Source of the DNA: Pseudobdellovibrionaceae bacterium
Lineage (GTDB): Bacteria; Bdellovibrionota; Bdellovibrionia; Bdellovibrionales; Bdellovibrionaceae
Direction of reading: 5' to 3'
Assembly: GCA_041288045.1 (NCBI GenBank)
Contig: JBGGMM010000065.1
Coordinates: 1 to 22,195, forward strand
Length of the DNA: 22,195 bases
The position numbers and the translations under genes were made by a program. Below, one piece after another: positions 7,911 through 16,756 of this stretch. The notes beneath the pieces were generated by a model, which saw only the letters and a program-made list of their open reading frames with translations, was not told where the DNA came from and did not search any database. Position 1 is the first letter of the stretch. The number at the start of each line of letters is the position of its first letter.

Positions 7911-9311
7911 ATGGAAGACAATTCGAACTCTTCACAAAAACCGCCCGAATCCTCCAACGAGGAAAATGTTCTTTCATTGCATGAAGACACTCATGACTCG
8001 TTTCTCGAACCTTCTCCGCTTTTAAAAGTCAGTGAATCCTGGAGTGCTCTCACTCCGGACGAGAGAAAAGAAAAATTCAATCAGCTCTCGCGCACAGATG
8101 CGGAAGAGCTTTTTCTCAGCCTCAAGGCCCACGATCAGGCGGATTTGATCGGCACAGCCACGGTGCTTGAAAAGCGCTCTTGGGTTCGCCTTTTGGGACC
8201 TGATGACGTTGCTGATATCATTCAAGAGCTCGGGATCGACCATAAAGATGAGATTCTCAGTCTTTTGGATCCGCAGACCCGTCGCGAAGTGACAGCCCTT
8301 CTGGCCTACGCCGAAGACAACGCCGGGGGCTTGATGAGCTCTCGCTTTGTGCGCCTTCGTCCCGACATGAGCGTCGATGAAGCCATCAGCTATTTGCGGA
8401 TTCAAGCGAAAACCCAGGTTGAGACCATCTACTATGCCTATGTCATTGATATGGATCAGACTCTGGTGGGAGTGATTTCTTTTCGAGAACTTTTCTCAGC
8501 AGCTCCACATAAAAAAATTCGCGAAATGATGATCGCCGATTTAATCAAAATCCCGGTGAGCCTGGATCAAGAGCAAATTGCCAAGATTTTTTCACAGCAA
8601 AATTTGATGGCGCTTCCGGTTGTCGATGAGTGGGGTCACATGAAAGGGATTGTGACTTTCGATGACATCGCCAGCGTTTTGCAAGAAGAGGCGACCGAGG
8701 ACATCCAAAAGCTCGGTGCGGTTGAGGCTTTGGATCTTCCCTACATGCGGACTCCCTTTACGGAAATGATTCAAAAGCGGGCCGGCTGGCTGGTCGTTCT
8801 TTTCGTGGGTGAAATGCTGACGGCTTCAGCCATGGGATATTTCGAAGATGATATTCAAAGAGCGGCCGTGCTGGCGATTTTCATTCCATTGATCATTTCC
8901 AGCGGTGGGAACACAGGCTCTCAGGCTTCCACTCTCATCATTCGCGCCATGGCTCTGGGTGAAATCCGACCCCAAGACTGGTGGCGAGTTTTAGGAAAAG
9001 AAATCATTTCCGGAGCCACTCTGGGCGCCATTCTTGGCGGCTTGGGTTTGATTCGCATTCTATTGTGGCCAACCCGCGAAGCTCTTTATGGGCCTCACTA
9101 TGTCTATGTCGGAATCACCGTCGCTCTGAGCGTGCTCGGAGTTGTTTTGTGGGGAACAATCACCGGAGCCATGCTCCCCTTTGCTTTGAAAAGATTAGGA
9201 GTCGATCCAGCGACGGCTTCGGCGCCATTCGTTGCGACACTGGTGGATGTCTCCGGGTTGGTGATTTATTTTTCTGTTGCGCACTTGTTTTTGGGTGGGC
9301 TTTTGCTTTGA
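7911..9311 (+). CDS. mgtE: Magnesium transporter MgtE
   Basis: MgtE N domain, CBS pair (EDNAGGLM, YYAYVID, LPVVD), EEATED, KRAGWL, GGNTGSQ and DPATASAPFVATLVD. Confidence 0.96.
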   Translation: MEDNSNSSQKPPESSNEENVLSLHEDTHDSFLEPSPLLKVSESWSALTPDERKEKFNQLSRTDAEELFLSLKAHDQADLIGTATVLEKRSWVRLLGPDDVADIIQELGIDHKDEILSLLDPQTRREVTALLAYAEDNAGGLMSSRFVRLRPDMSVDEAISYLRIQAKTQVETIYYAYVIDMDQTLVGVISFRELFSAAPHKKIREMMIADLIKIPVSLDQEQIAKIFSQQNLMALPVVDEWGHMKGIVTFDDIASVLQEEATEDIQKLGAVEALDLPYMRTPFTEMIQKRAGWLVVLFVGEMLTASAMGYFEDDIQRAAVLAIFIPLIISSGGNTGSQASTLIIRAMALGEIRPQDWWRVLGKEIISGATLGAILGGLGLIRILLWPTREALYGPHYVYVGITVALSVLGVVLWGTITGAMLPFALKRLGVDPATASAPFVATLVDVSGLVIYFSVAHLFLGGLLL

Positions 9312-9321
9312 TTTTTCTGCT

Positions 9322-9472
9322 TCTCTAGCACAGCGGTGACGATTGTAAACGTGAGTGTGTCCGGCCGGGCCGTCTGGCAAGTTTAAAAAAGGCAGTCGAT
9401 TGGGATTTGATTTTTTAAAATGCAAGTCTGCGCTCTGCCTATCGTCTGTCTATAAGCAGACGATAGGCAGAG
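9322..9472 (-). repeat. Dispersed structured intergenic element, copy 1 (inverted relative to copy 2)
   Basis: The reverse complement of 9371-9435 equals 16795-16861 except for a 2-bp indel. 9322-9363 matches 16895-16936 at 36/42. Both copies start CTCTGCCTATCGT-N13-GACGATA-N4-GAGCGC. Contains a perfect 16-bp stem at 9433-9472. The strand label is relative only. Confidence 0.92.
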
Positions 9473-9493
9473 TGCTGCTTGAACGACACCATC

Positions 9494-9522
9494 ATTTGCG
9501 GCGTTCAGAAAACACTGCGGCA
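9494..9522 (-). repeat. Isolated fifth copy of the 640-811 repeat unit
   Basis: The reverse complement reads TGCCGCAGTGTTTTCTGAACGCCGCAAAT. 9494-9513 is an exact 20-bp inverted match to 649-668. Confidence 0.85.
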
Positions 9523-9601
9523 TTTTTGCTTTGAGTTTCTCATTTTGAACTGCCGATTGCACGGATGCAGGAAGATCATGAAGTGACCGATACCCCAGCG
9601 A

Positions 9602-11482
9602 TTAGTAATTCGCGACTTTTACAAGCTTCTGAGTCCACTGGCGGATGCTTGAGAGGACATTGTCTCTGGCTTGGTCGAATTGCACACCGTAGGCTTTGTT
9701 TTTCTCGCTCCAGACGATGTGACCTTGGACTTGGACCTGTTCGATTCCGTCAGGGCTTTGGATCTGCATGGTGAGAATGCCGCCTTTTTCAAGCAGAGTA
9801 TTGGCTTCGAATGACAATCCACCTTCTGAAATGGTTCGCATATGACCGATCAGTTCTCGTCCATCGACATTCAAGCGGATGGCTGAATTCATCAAGAATC
9901 GATCGAAGCGACGGCGCTGCTGACGTCGACCTGCCCGGGCGCGGACGATCTGCCAAACAAGCAGCGGAAGCAAAGTGAATGCGATAATGATTGCAAAAGT
10001 TGGCGTGGGAGTTTGCTTGTTTCCGCCAAAGAGAAGGGCCGTGCTGACGGTCCCACAGCCTTTCGGACTATCTCCACTGGATTCTTCACTGGACGCGACT
10101 TCGCGAGATTCGGCTTTGTAAGTGGGTTGCGATGGTGACGTGTTGACTTCAGATTTGGCAGCCATGACAGCATCATAGGCATCCACTCGGGCTCCTGAAA
10201 TCAATTTGCCATTTAGACTTGAATAGGTGCTCGCCGAATTGACCAGAAGATTTTTCACTTGATAACCGGTTAAATCCGAAGCTTCTCGCAGAACCAAGGC
10301 CGCAAGTCCACTGACGAAAGGAGCGGCCATGCTTGTCCCCGACATGAAACGATAGTTGTTGTTTCCAGGGTGCATCGAGGTCGCAGGCACTGAACTGTAA
10401 ATCGAAACACCGGGAGCTGCCACGTGCACACTGCCCGGGCCATAATTTGAGAAGGAAGCTAGATTATTGTAGTCATTTGTTGCTGCCACTGAAATCTGAC
10501 CTGGGATTGGGTAGTTCGCAGGGTAGATCATCGTTGAATCATTGTTCTTCGAATAATTTCCTGCAGCTGAAACCACAAGGACTTGTCGCGAATAAGCATA
10601 AGACAAAGCATCGTGCAGGGCTTGACTGTAGCTGGGGCCACCCCAGGAATTATTGATGATCTGGGCGCCATTATTAACGGCGTAATAAATGGCTGCGATC
10701 GCATTTGAAGTCGAACCCGAGCCATCCGAGCCAAGAAATTTCAAAGCCATCAGACGGATTCGAGCAGGTTCCAAAGTCGTTGCACCGATGTTCTGTCCGA
10801 CTCCGAGAACGATTCCAGCAACATGAGTCCCGTGCTCATCATCATCGATTGGATTTCCATCCCGATTGTGAAAGTCATATCCATAAATGTCATCGACGTA
10901 TCCATTGCCATCATCGTCAGTGTTATTGCCGGCAATTTCACCGGTGTTTGTCCACATGGCGTTCGACTGCTGAAAAATTTTGTGATTGTAATCGACCCCG
11001 GTATCAATGATGGCGACGATTGGCTTTTCTGGATTTTGCGCCAAAGTCAAAATCTGCTGCCAAGCTTGATCGACACCCAGATTCTGAGCGCCAGATTGAT
11101 CGTAAGTATCTCCGGATTGGTACTGGGCATGAGCTTCGTCGCCGTTCACAACTTCGCCGGCTTCTAAGCTGTCTTCAACTTTTCTGAAAATGTAATTGGG
11201 CTCAGCGTACTCGACTGCGGGATCGGCTTTGAGTTCGTTGATCTTTGCTTGCAGATTTTCGCCAGCTTTGAGTGAAAACCGATGCATGTTCATCGCCGGA
11301 AATGAATTTTTGAGAGCCATTTTCCCCTGCATTTTTCCAATGAATTGGGTGGCTGATGCTGACGAGGATTTGCCTTTCAGCTTGACGATCAATTCGCCCG
11401 GCACAAAGTCCTGCGCTTGCGCTTTGACAAAAGACAAGCAACCGACCAGCAGTAGTATGAAGTGACGGACCTGAAGTGGCAT
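9602..11482 (-). CDS. S8 (subtilisin-like) serine protease with signal peptide, prodomain, C-terminal TM helix and PilZ domain
   Basis: Catalytic motifs IIDTG, HGTHVAG and SGTSMAAP, oxyanion AAGN, and signal ending AQA. A hydrophobic segment FAIIIAFTLLPLLVW is followed by RRFDR (RxxxR), TISEGG and YGVQF, typical of PilZ. ATG at 11482 is preferred to the TTG at 11503. Confidence 0.92.
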   Translation of the reverse strand: MPLQVRHFILLLVGCLSFVKAQAQDFVPGELIVKLKGKSSSASATQFIGKMQGKMALKNSFPAMNMHRFSLKAGENLQAKINELKADPAVEYAEPNYIFRKVEDSLEAGEVVNGDEAHAQYQSGDTYDQSGAQNLGVDQAWQQILTLAQNPEKPIVAIIDTGVDYNHKIFQQSNAMWTNTGEIAGNNTDDDGNGYVDDIYGYDFHNRDGNPIDDDEHGTHVAGIVLGVGQNIGATTLEPARIRLMALKFLGSDGSGSTSNAIAAIYYAVNNGAQIINNSWGGPSYSQALHDALSYAYSRQVLVVSAAGNYSKNNDSTMIYPANYPIPGQISVAATNDYNNLASFSNYGPGSVHVAAPGVSIYSSVPATSMHPGNNNYRFMSGTSMAAPFVSGLAALVLREASDLTGYQVKNLLVNSASTYSSLNGKLISGARVDAYDAVMAAKSEVNTSPSQPTYKAESREVASSEESSGDSPKGCGTVSTALLFGGNKQTPTPTFAIIIAFTLLPLLVWQIVRARAGRRQQRRRFDRFLMNSAIRLNVDGRELIGHMRTISEGGLSFEANTLLEKGGILTMQIQSPDGIEQVQVQGHIVWSEKNKAYGVQFDQARDNVLSSIRQWTQKLVKVANY

Positions 11483-11628
11483 ACCAAATACTCTTCGGAT
11501 CAAGGTCCAGAGGACTGGAGACTTTGGTCGAAATTCTCATTTCAAGACACTTACCTTTAGAGTCCATAAACCTCCCTTTCATTTCAATTTGGGATTACAC
11601 TATGGAGAGTTGCAGAAAGAGACACAGC

Positions 11629-12225
11629 ATGAAGGCCTTCAACAAGATTTTCTTCCGCGGACTGATCACTCTTCTTCCGATCGCGATCACCATTTACATC
11701 GTTTATAGCGCTGTGGTGATTCTTGAAAATCTTTTGGGTTCGATTTTAAGACAGCTCCTTCCAGAGTACATTCCAGGCTTGGGATTGCTTCTCACTCTCG
11801 TGCTGATTTTCCTCTTTGGACTTCTACTCAATAATTTTATCACTGTCCGACTGCTGCACTCTCTCGAAGATAAGCTGGTGCAAGTGCCTTTCATCAAAGC
11901 CATTTATTCGCCCCTTCGGGATTTGATGAATCTTTTTGACCGCAAAGGCGGCCAAGAAATGCAGAGCGTGGTTCTGGTCCGGCTTGGCGAAACCGGCGCT
12001 CAGGCTCTGGGAGTTGTCACTCGCGACAGTTTCAGGGATCTTCCTTTCGCGGCATCGATGGGCGATAAAGTCGCTGTGTATTTTCCCTTTTCTTATGGGC
12101 TTGGAGGGTATACTCTCCTCGTCCCTCGCCACCTGATCACTGAGGTCAATTTGCCAATCGAAAAGGCAATGAGCTTGGCCATCACCGGTTGGGTGAAAGC
12201 TGATGACCAAGGAGATCGGCGATGA
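11629..12225 (+). CDS. DUF502 family membrane protein
   Basis: F.RGLITLLPIAITIYI, two TM segments, VPFIKAIY, LGVVT and EKAMSLAITG. ATG at 11629 is preferred because the longer track start overlaps the protease gene. Confidence 0.85.
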   Translation: MKAFNKIFFRGLITLLPIAITIYIVYSAVVILENLLGSILRQLLPEYIPGLGLLLTLVLIFLFGLLLNNFITVRLLHSLEDKLVQVPFIKAIYSPLRDLMNLFDRKGGQEMQSVVLVRLGETGAQALGVVTRDSFRDLPFAASMGDKVAVYFPFSYGLGGYTLLVPRHLITEVNLPIEKAMSLAITGWVKADDQGDRR

Positions 12226-13619
12226 AAGAAAGCCAAACTGTTCTCAATCGAGCACTTGAAATCAATTTGAATCCCCAAATCTATGGGGCCTTTGCTGAAA
12301 TTGGCGCTGGCCAGGAAGTGGCGCGATTTTTCTTTCAAGCCGGTAAAGCTTCACAAACCATCGCCAAAACAATTTCTGCCTATGACATGATTTACAGCGA
12401 TGAAATTTATGGCAAAGAGACCAGTGGTCGCTACGTCTGCGAATCTCGACTGGAAAAAATGTTGGACAAAGAATTCAAGCTTTTGCATCGCCGTCTGGAT
12501 GCCACTCGAGGCTCGAACACTTGTTTTTTTGCTTTTGCCAACACTGTGGCCACAGGTGATAACGTCCGAAGACAAACCCATGGCTGGATGGGAATTCGTT
12601 TTCAGACCAGCCCCCAAGGCGAAGCCAATGAAATCGTCCTGCATGTCAGGATGCTCGATCGCTTTCGCCTTCAACAGCAAGAAAATCTAGGGATTTTGGG
12701 AGTCAATCTGGTCTATACAGCATTCACTTGCATGAAAGAACCAGAATTTATTTTGGATTCACTGGTGGCTAATATCAAGCAAGGGCAAGTGGCGATTGAC
12801 CTGGTCCGCTTTACAGGTCCCGATCTCAAACACATCAACAATCATCTGATGAATCTGGAGTTGGTGCGAAAGGGACTTGCTGATGCGATCCTGTTTGGGA
12901 CTGACCAACAGATTTTGACAATTTCCGATGAGCTTTTTCAGAAACCCGTGATCATTCAGCGGGGCACTTATTTTCCAGTGACAAAAACCCACATGGACGT
13001 GCTCGAAAAGGGAATCGATCAGTTCAAAAAAGATTTTCCCAATGACTCAAAAAAACCGGCAGTGATGTTTGAGCTGACGATGCAAAATCTTTCGCAAAAT
13101 GGCCACATTCAAGAAAAAGAATTTCTCGACCGAGTGACTTCGCTTTGCTCTTTAGGCTCCAATGTTCTGGTCTCGAATTTCTTTTTATTTTATCGGCTGA
13201 AAAAATTTCTTCGCAATTACACTCAAAAACCCATGGCCTTTATCATGGATGCCTCAAAACTCGATCGCCTGTTTGATGAATCCCATTATAAAGATCTTGA
13301 AGGCGGACTGCTTGAGGGGCTTGGCAAGCTGATGGATGAGCAAACACGGGTTTATATTTATCCGCACAAAACAGAAACTCTGTGCACGACGACTCGAACT
13401 TATTTTCCCGATCCCAAATGGCTTCCCATTTATCAATACTTTATCGCTCAAAAGCAAATCTTGGATATTTCAGGATGCGATGAAGCCGAAGAATACCGGC
13501 ATTCCGATTATGTTCGCGATCTGATTTTAAGAAAAGATCCTCAGTGGGAAAAATACGTTCCCACCAAAGTTCGAGATCAAATCAAAAAAGAAAAGCTTTT
13601 TAATTTTTTTGAGAAATAA
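12222..13619 (+). CDS. Conserved protein, probably nucleotidyltransferase-like (NadD/NMNAT-related C-terminal domain)
   Basis: N-terminal ALEINL...YGAFAEIGAGQEVAR...TIAKTISAYDM, and GTYFPVTKTH resembling the GxFxPx(T/H)xxH motif. ATGA overlap with the DUF502 gene. The function is tentative. Confidence 0.6.
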   Translation: MKESQTVLNRALEINLNPQIYGAFAEIGAGQEVARFFFQAGKASQTIAKTISAYDMIYSDEIYGKETSGRYVCESRLEKMLDKEFKLLHRRLDATRGSNTCFFAFANTVATGDNVRRQTHGWMGIRFQTSPQGEANEIVLHVRMLDRFRLQQQENLGILGVNLVYTAFTCMKEPEFILDSLVANIKQGQVAIDLVRFTGPDLKHINNHLMNLELVRKGLADAILFGTDQQILTISDELFQKPVIIQRGTYFPVTKTHMDVLEKGIDQFKKDFPNDSKKPAVMFELTMQNLSQNGHIQEKEFLDRVTSLCSLGSNVLVSNFFLFYRLKKFLRNYTQKPMAFIMDASKLDRLFDESHYKDLEGGLLEGLGKLMDEQTRVYIYPHKTETLCTTTRTYFPDPKWLPIYQYFIAQKQILDISGCDEAEEYRHSDYVRDLILRKDPQWEKYVPTKVRDQIKKEKLFNFFEK

Positions 13620-15174
13620 GATAGCGGATCAGACATTGAACCGCTTGACCATTTCCACCGGCAAAACCAAAAGGCCCGGTGGCCTTGTCATTCCAAGCGT
13701 AAATATCCAAATGCGCCCAGGATTTCTGGCGGATGAATTTTTCCAGAAAAAGTGCGGCAGTGATGGCCCCACCAAAGCCATCCACGGCATTGACGATATC
13801 TGCAAAAGCCGAAGACATCTGCGAAGTGTAACGGCTATAAAGCGGCATTCGCCAATTCAGATCTCCTGCTCTTTGCCCGGCAATACTCAAAGCTTCTGCC
13901 AATTGATCATCATTTGAAAAAAGGCCAGCGAGCTCGGATCCCAAAGCCACTTTGATCGCGCCCGTCAGCGTTGCCACGTCGATGATCACTTCAGGTTCAT
14001 CCATTCCTTTTTTGGAACTGGCCACATCCAAGGCATCTGCTAAGACTAGGCGACCTTCTGCATCTGTGTTGTGAATTTCGACTTTCATTCCGTTTCTTGC
14101 AGTCAAAACATCACTGGGCCTGAAGCTTCGCGAATCGACGCTGTTTTCAGCAAGAGCCAAATAAAAATCCAAGGCTCGGGGATAATTGGCCTCTGAGGCC
14201 CATTGAGCTAACGCCAGGACCGAAGCGGAACCTCCCATATCCTTTTTCATCATTCGCATTCCCGCAGAAGGTTTGATATCCAAACCTCCAGTATCAAAAG
14301 TGATGCCTTTTCCAACAAAGGCAATCGGGCGCTTTTTGCTGCCTCCCCGCGGACGATAACTCAAATGAACAAGCCGAGGAGGTGCGGCAGATCCCTGGCC
14401 CACTCCCAAAAGCAAATTCATATTTTCTTTTTGCAGACGCTTTTCGTCCCAGATTTCAACTCGAATATTTTTCCTTTTGCTAAATTGTCGACTGACAAAT
14501 TGAGCGTAAGTCACCGGATTGATGAAATTCGGCGGAGTGTTCACCAAGTGTCGGGCCAAATTGACAGCCCCCCCCAGGGCCTGGGCTTTCTTGATGATTC
14601 CATCTTCAAGCGGACCGCCAAATTTTCGGAAAGTGACTTTGGGAAATTCTGCAAGACCCCGACCCTCAATCACTGCCCGGTACTGGTAAGCCGCCATCTC
14701 CAGCGCAGAGAATAGACCTAGCTCTTGTTCCTCATCCGTGGAATGAAGCTCAATGTGCACATGATCAAGATGATAAGCTTTGAAAAATCCGAGCAGACTG
14801 CCCACTTGATCTCGCATCCAAGAGTAAGTCGAGTCTTCCAGTCGTCCCTGATGAGAAAAAGGGCCGCCCCGTTTTTTAGGGCTGAGAATCCAAATAGGAC
14901 CCTGATCACTGGTGAATTGCAAAACCTCTTTGCTCACTTTTTTCAGTTGAGCTTTCTGAAACTGCGGAGCCCACTGATCAATCCAGAGGCTGAGGCGGTT
15001 TTTATCCTCAAGACCTAAAACATACAGATAGCCTGTGTTGCCCGCCGGTGTTTTGCTGCTTTCACGAACTTGCGACAAAATCGACGGAAGATCCATGTCC
15101 AGGGGGTTTTGAGGGGTTTTCGAGCTTCTCTTTTGGGATACTTTTGCTTGGGATTTTTTTGCAGATGCCGCCAT
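13600..15174 (-). CDS. M17 leucyl aminopeptidase (PepA/PepB family)
   Basis: Motifs GKGITFDTGG, MKKDMGG, NTDAEGRLVLAD, DVATLTGA and WAHLDI. Confidence 0.95.
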   Translation of the reverse strand: MAASAKKSQAKVSQKRSSKTPQNPLDMDLPSILSQVRESSKTPAGNTGYLYVLGLEDKNRLSLWIDQWAPQFQKAQLKKVSKEVLQFTSDQGPIWILSPKKRGGPFSHQGRLEDSTYSWMRDQVGSLLGFFKAYHLDHVHIELHSTDEEQELGLFSALEMAAYQYRAVIEGRGLAEFPKVTFRKFGGPLEDGIIKKAQALGGAVNLARHLVNTPPNFINPVTYAQFVSRQFSKRKNIRVEIWDEKRLQKENMNLLLGVGQGSAAPPRLVHLSYRPRGGSKKRPIAFVGKGITFDTGGLDIKPSAGMRMMKKDMGGSASVLALAQWASEANYPRALDFYLALAENSVDSRSFRPSDVLTARNGMKVEIHNTDAEGRLVLADALDVASSKKGMDEPEVIIDVATLTGAIKVALGSELAGLFSNDDQLAEALSIAGQRAGDLNWRMPLYSRYTSQMSSAFADIVNAVDGFGGAITAALFLEKFIRQKSWAHLDIYAWNDKATGPFGFAGGNGQAVQCLIRYLISQKN

Positions 15175-15268
15175 AGGGTGTTTATTGCACCGTAGCTCCT
15201 CTTCGGGGTCAAGGCTTCAGCCGCTTTTTTCCTTGAGTCAAAGTGACCTTGGCGTAGACTGGAAGAAC

Positions 15269-16297
15269 ATGCTCACTGCATTGCCAAGCCTTAAAGTTAT
15301 GCTTTTGAACGCAGAGAACCTTTTTCTTCTCTCTGACCAGACTCTATCTCTGGACCATTTGAAATTGGATCAAATTCAATGGAACAAGCTTTCAACTTCC
15401 GTGTACGAAAACAAACCGCTTGAAAAAGCCAAAGCTTTAGGACGAGTGATTCAATCTGAAAACCCAGATCTTATTTTACTCTGTGAAGTCGGCGGACTTG
15501 AGAGCTTGCAAAATTTCAATCGTCTTTTTTTGAATGATCAGTACTCACCAGCTTTGATTGAAGGCAATTCTGATCGCAACATTGATGTCGGATTTCTCAT
15601 TCGAAAAAATATGGGATTTTATTTCGACATCATCACCAATAAAAATCGGCCGATCAATTACCTTTATCCCCATGAAAGACAGTCAGTGGAAGCTGGCTAT
15701 CCAGTGAAAAAAGTTGTTTCCGGAAGCCATCGCTTTTCTCGGGATGTGGCCGAGCTTCACTTTTTCCAAAAAGACAGGGAAAAGCCATTTTTGATTTTTC
15801 TTCTCACTCACTTAAAATCCCGACTGGATCCCGAAGGGATTGATCCCTATGGATTTGAGAGAAGACAGGCGGAACTGCAGACACTTCTTGAAATCTACCG
15901 TGAGCTTGAAAGCAAATTTCAGGGCCAGGTCCCAATTGCAGTCGCGGGCGATCTGAACGGGAACGCCAGCCGCTTTGACACAGACATCGAATTCAAACCT
16001 CTTTATCAAACGACTCAACTCAAAGATGTCTGTGAGCTGGCGAATGTGGCTCTCGAGCACACAACTACTTTTTATCAAGTCAGCCGCTCATCCAAGCCCG
16101 AAGGCAAACAATTGGATTATTGTTTTTTATCTCCCCTGTTGGCCCAACTTTTAGATCCATCCACTGTGCAGGTCTTTCGCTACAAGGATCATTTAGGCCA
16201 AGCTTTTGACCCACCTACGACACTTGAAGCCAAAATGAGCCTTCCGTCCGACCATTACCCCTTGGTTTTTACCCTGAGAAATATCCCGCTGCGCTAA
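15269..16297 (+). CDS. Endonuclease/exonuclease/phosphatase (EEP) family protein
   Basis: Motifs NAENLF, PDLILLCEV, THLKS, AGDLN, LDY and PSDHYP. ATG at 15269 is preferred to the TTG at 15185. Confidence 0.9.
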   Translation: MLTALPSLKVMLLNAENLFLLSDQTLSLDHLKLDQIQWNKLSTSVYENKPLEKAKALGRVIQSENPDLILLCEVGGLESLQNFNRLFLNDQYSPALIEGNSDRNIDVGFLIRKNMGFYFDIITNKNRPINYLYPHERQSVEAGYPVKKVVSGSHRFSRDVAELHFFQKDREKPFLIFLLTHLKSRLDPEGIDPYGFERRQAELQTLLEIYRELESKFQGQVPIAVAGDLNGNASRFDTDIEFKPLYQTTQLKDVCELANVALEHTTTFYQVSRSSKPEGKQLDYCFLSPLLAQLLDPSTVQVFRYKDHLGQAFDPPTTLEAKMSLPSDHYPLVFTLRNIPLR

Positions 16298-16319
16298 AAA
16301 TTGTGGCAAAACGGAAATT

Positions 16320-16345
16320 GACTGACTGGAAATTTCCGATCAGTC
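16320..16345. promoter_or_regulatory. Near-perfect 26-bp palindrome upstream of apaG, candidate operator
   Basis: GACTGA-CT-GGAAATTTCC-GA-TCAGTC has no loop and overlaps a TTGACT hexamer at 16318-16323. Confidence 0.4.
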
Positions 16346-16366
16346 TAGGATTTCTGAAGAGGTCCC

Positions 16367-16756
16367 ATGCCCATTCAAAAAACGACCAACCCCCAGTTTC
16401 AGGTTCAGGTCTCTGTGACCTACGTTGAGTCAGAATCCCGGCCCGAAGCAGATTTTCATTTTTTCTCTTACAAGGTTCAAATTTCTAATAAGGGAAACAC
16501 TCAAGCCCAGTTGATGAGCCGTCATTGGATCATCACCGACGGCTATGGCCAAGTCGAAGAAGTTCGCGGCGCTGGCGTGGTCGGCCTGCAACCCAAAATC
16601 AACCCAGGCCAAAATTTCGAATACGAAAGCGCCTGCCACCTCACCACAAAATCCGGCTCCATGAAGGGCACCTACCAAATGCTCAGCGCCGACGGCGAAA
16701 ATTTCGACATCGAAATCCCCGAATTTTACCTGATCGCCCCCACAGCTTTGCACTGA
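16367..16756 (+). CDS. apaG: ApaG protein
   Basis: Motifs QLMSRHWIITD, EVRGAGVVGLQP, FEYESAC, GSMKGTYQM and IPEFYL. Confidence 0.96.
   Translation: MPIQKTTNPQFQVQVSVTYVESESRPEADFHFFSYKVQISNKGNTQAQLMSRHWIITDGYGQVEEVRGAGVVGLQPKINPGQNFEYESACHLTTKSGSMKGTYQMLSADGENFDIEIPEFYLIAPTALH

Noticed and set aside
9377..9400. GCAAGTTTAAAAAAGGCAGTCG resembles the SpCas9 tracrRNA segment GCAAGTTAAAATAAGGCTAGTCCG
   Set aside because: Short A-rich similarity with no cognate repeat or cas9 in view, and the segment is explained by the element's own inverted repeat. A cmscan against tracrRNA models would settle it.
9433..9472. Classical intrinsic terminator call for the 16-bp hairpin
   Set aside because: No U-tract on either side, and it is part of the dispersed element. 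It may still stabilise mRNA 3' ends.
9531..9559. Possible sigma-28 promoter TTGAGTTT...GCCGATTG
   Set aside because: The spacer is 13 rather than 11 nt, the -10 is imperfect, and it would only fire antisense into the protease gene.
16303..16350. Possible c-di-GMP-I riboswitch (GGCAAAAC...GAAA)
   Set aside because: No stem closing the GAAA and no second hairpin with the tetraloop receptor. The gap is too short.
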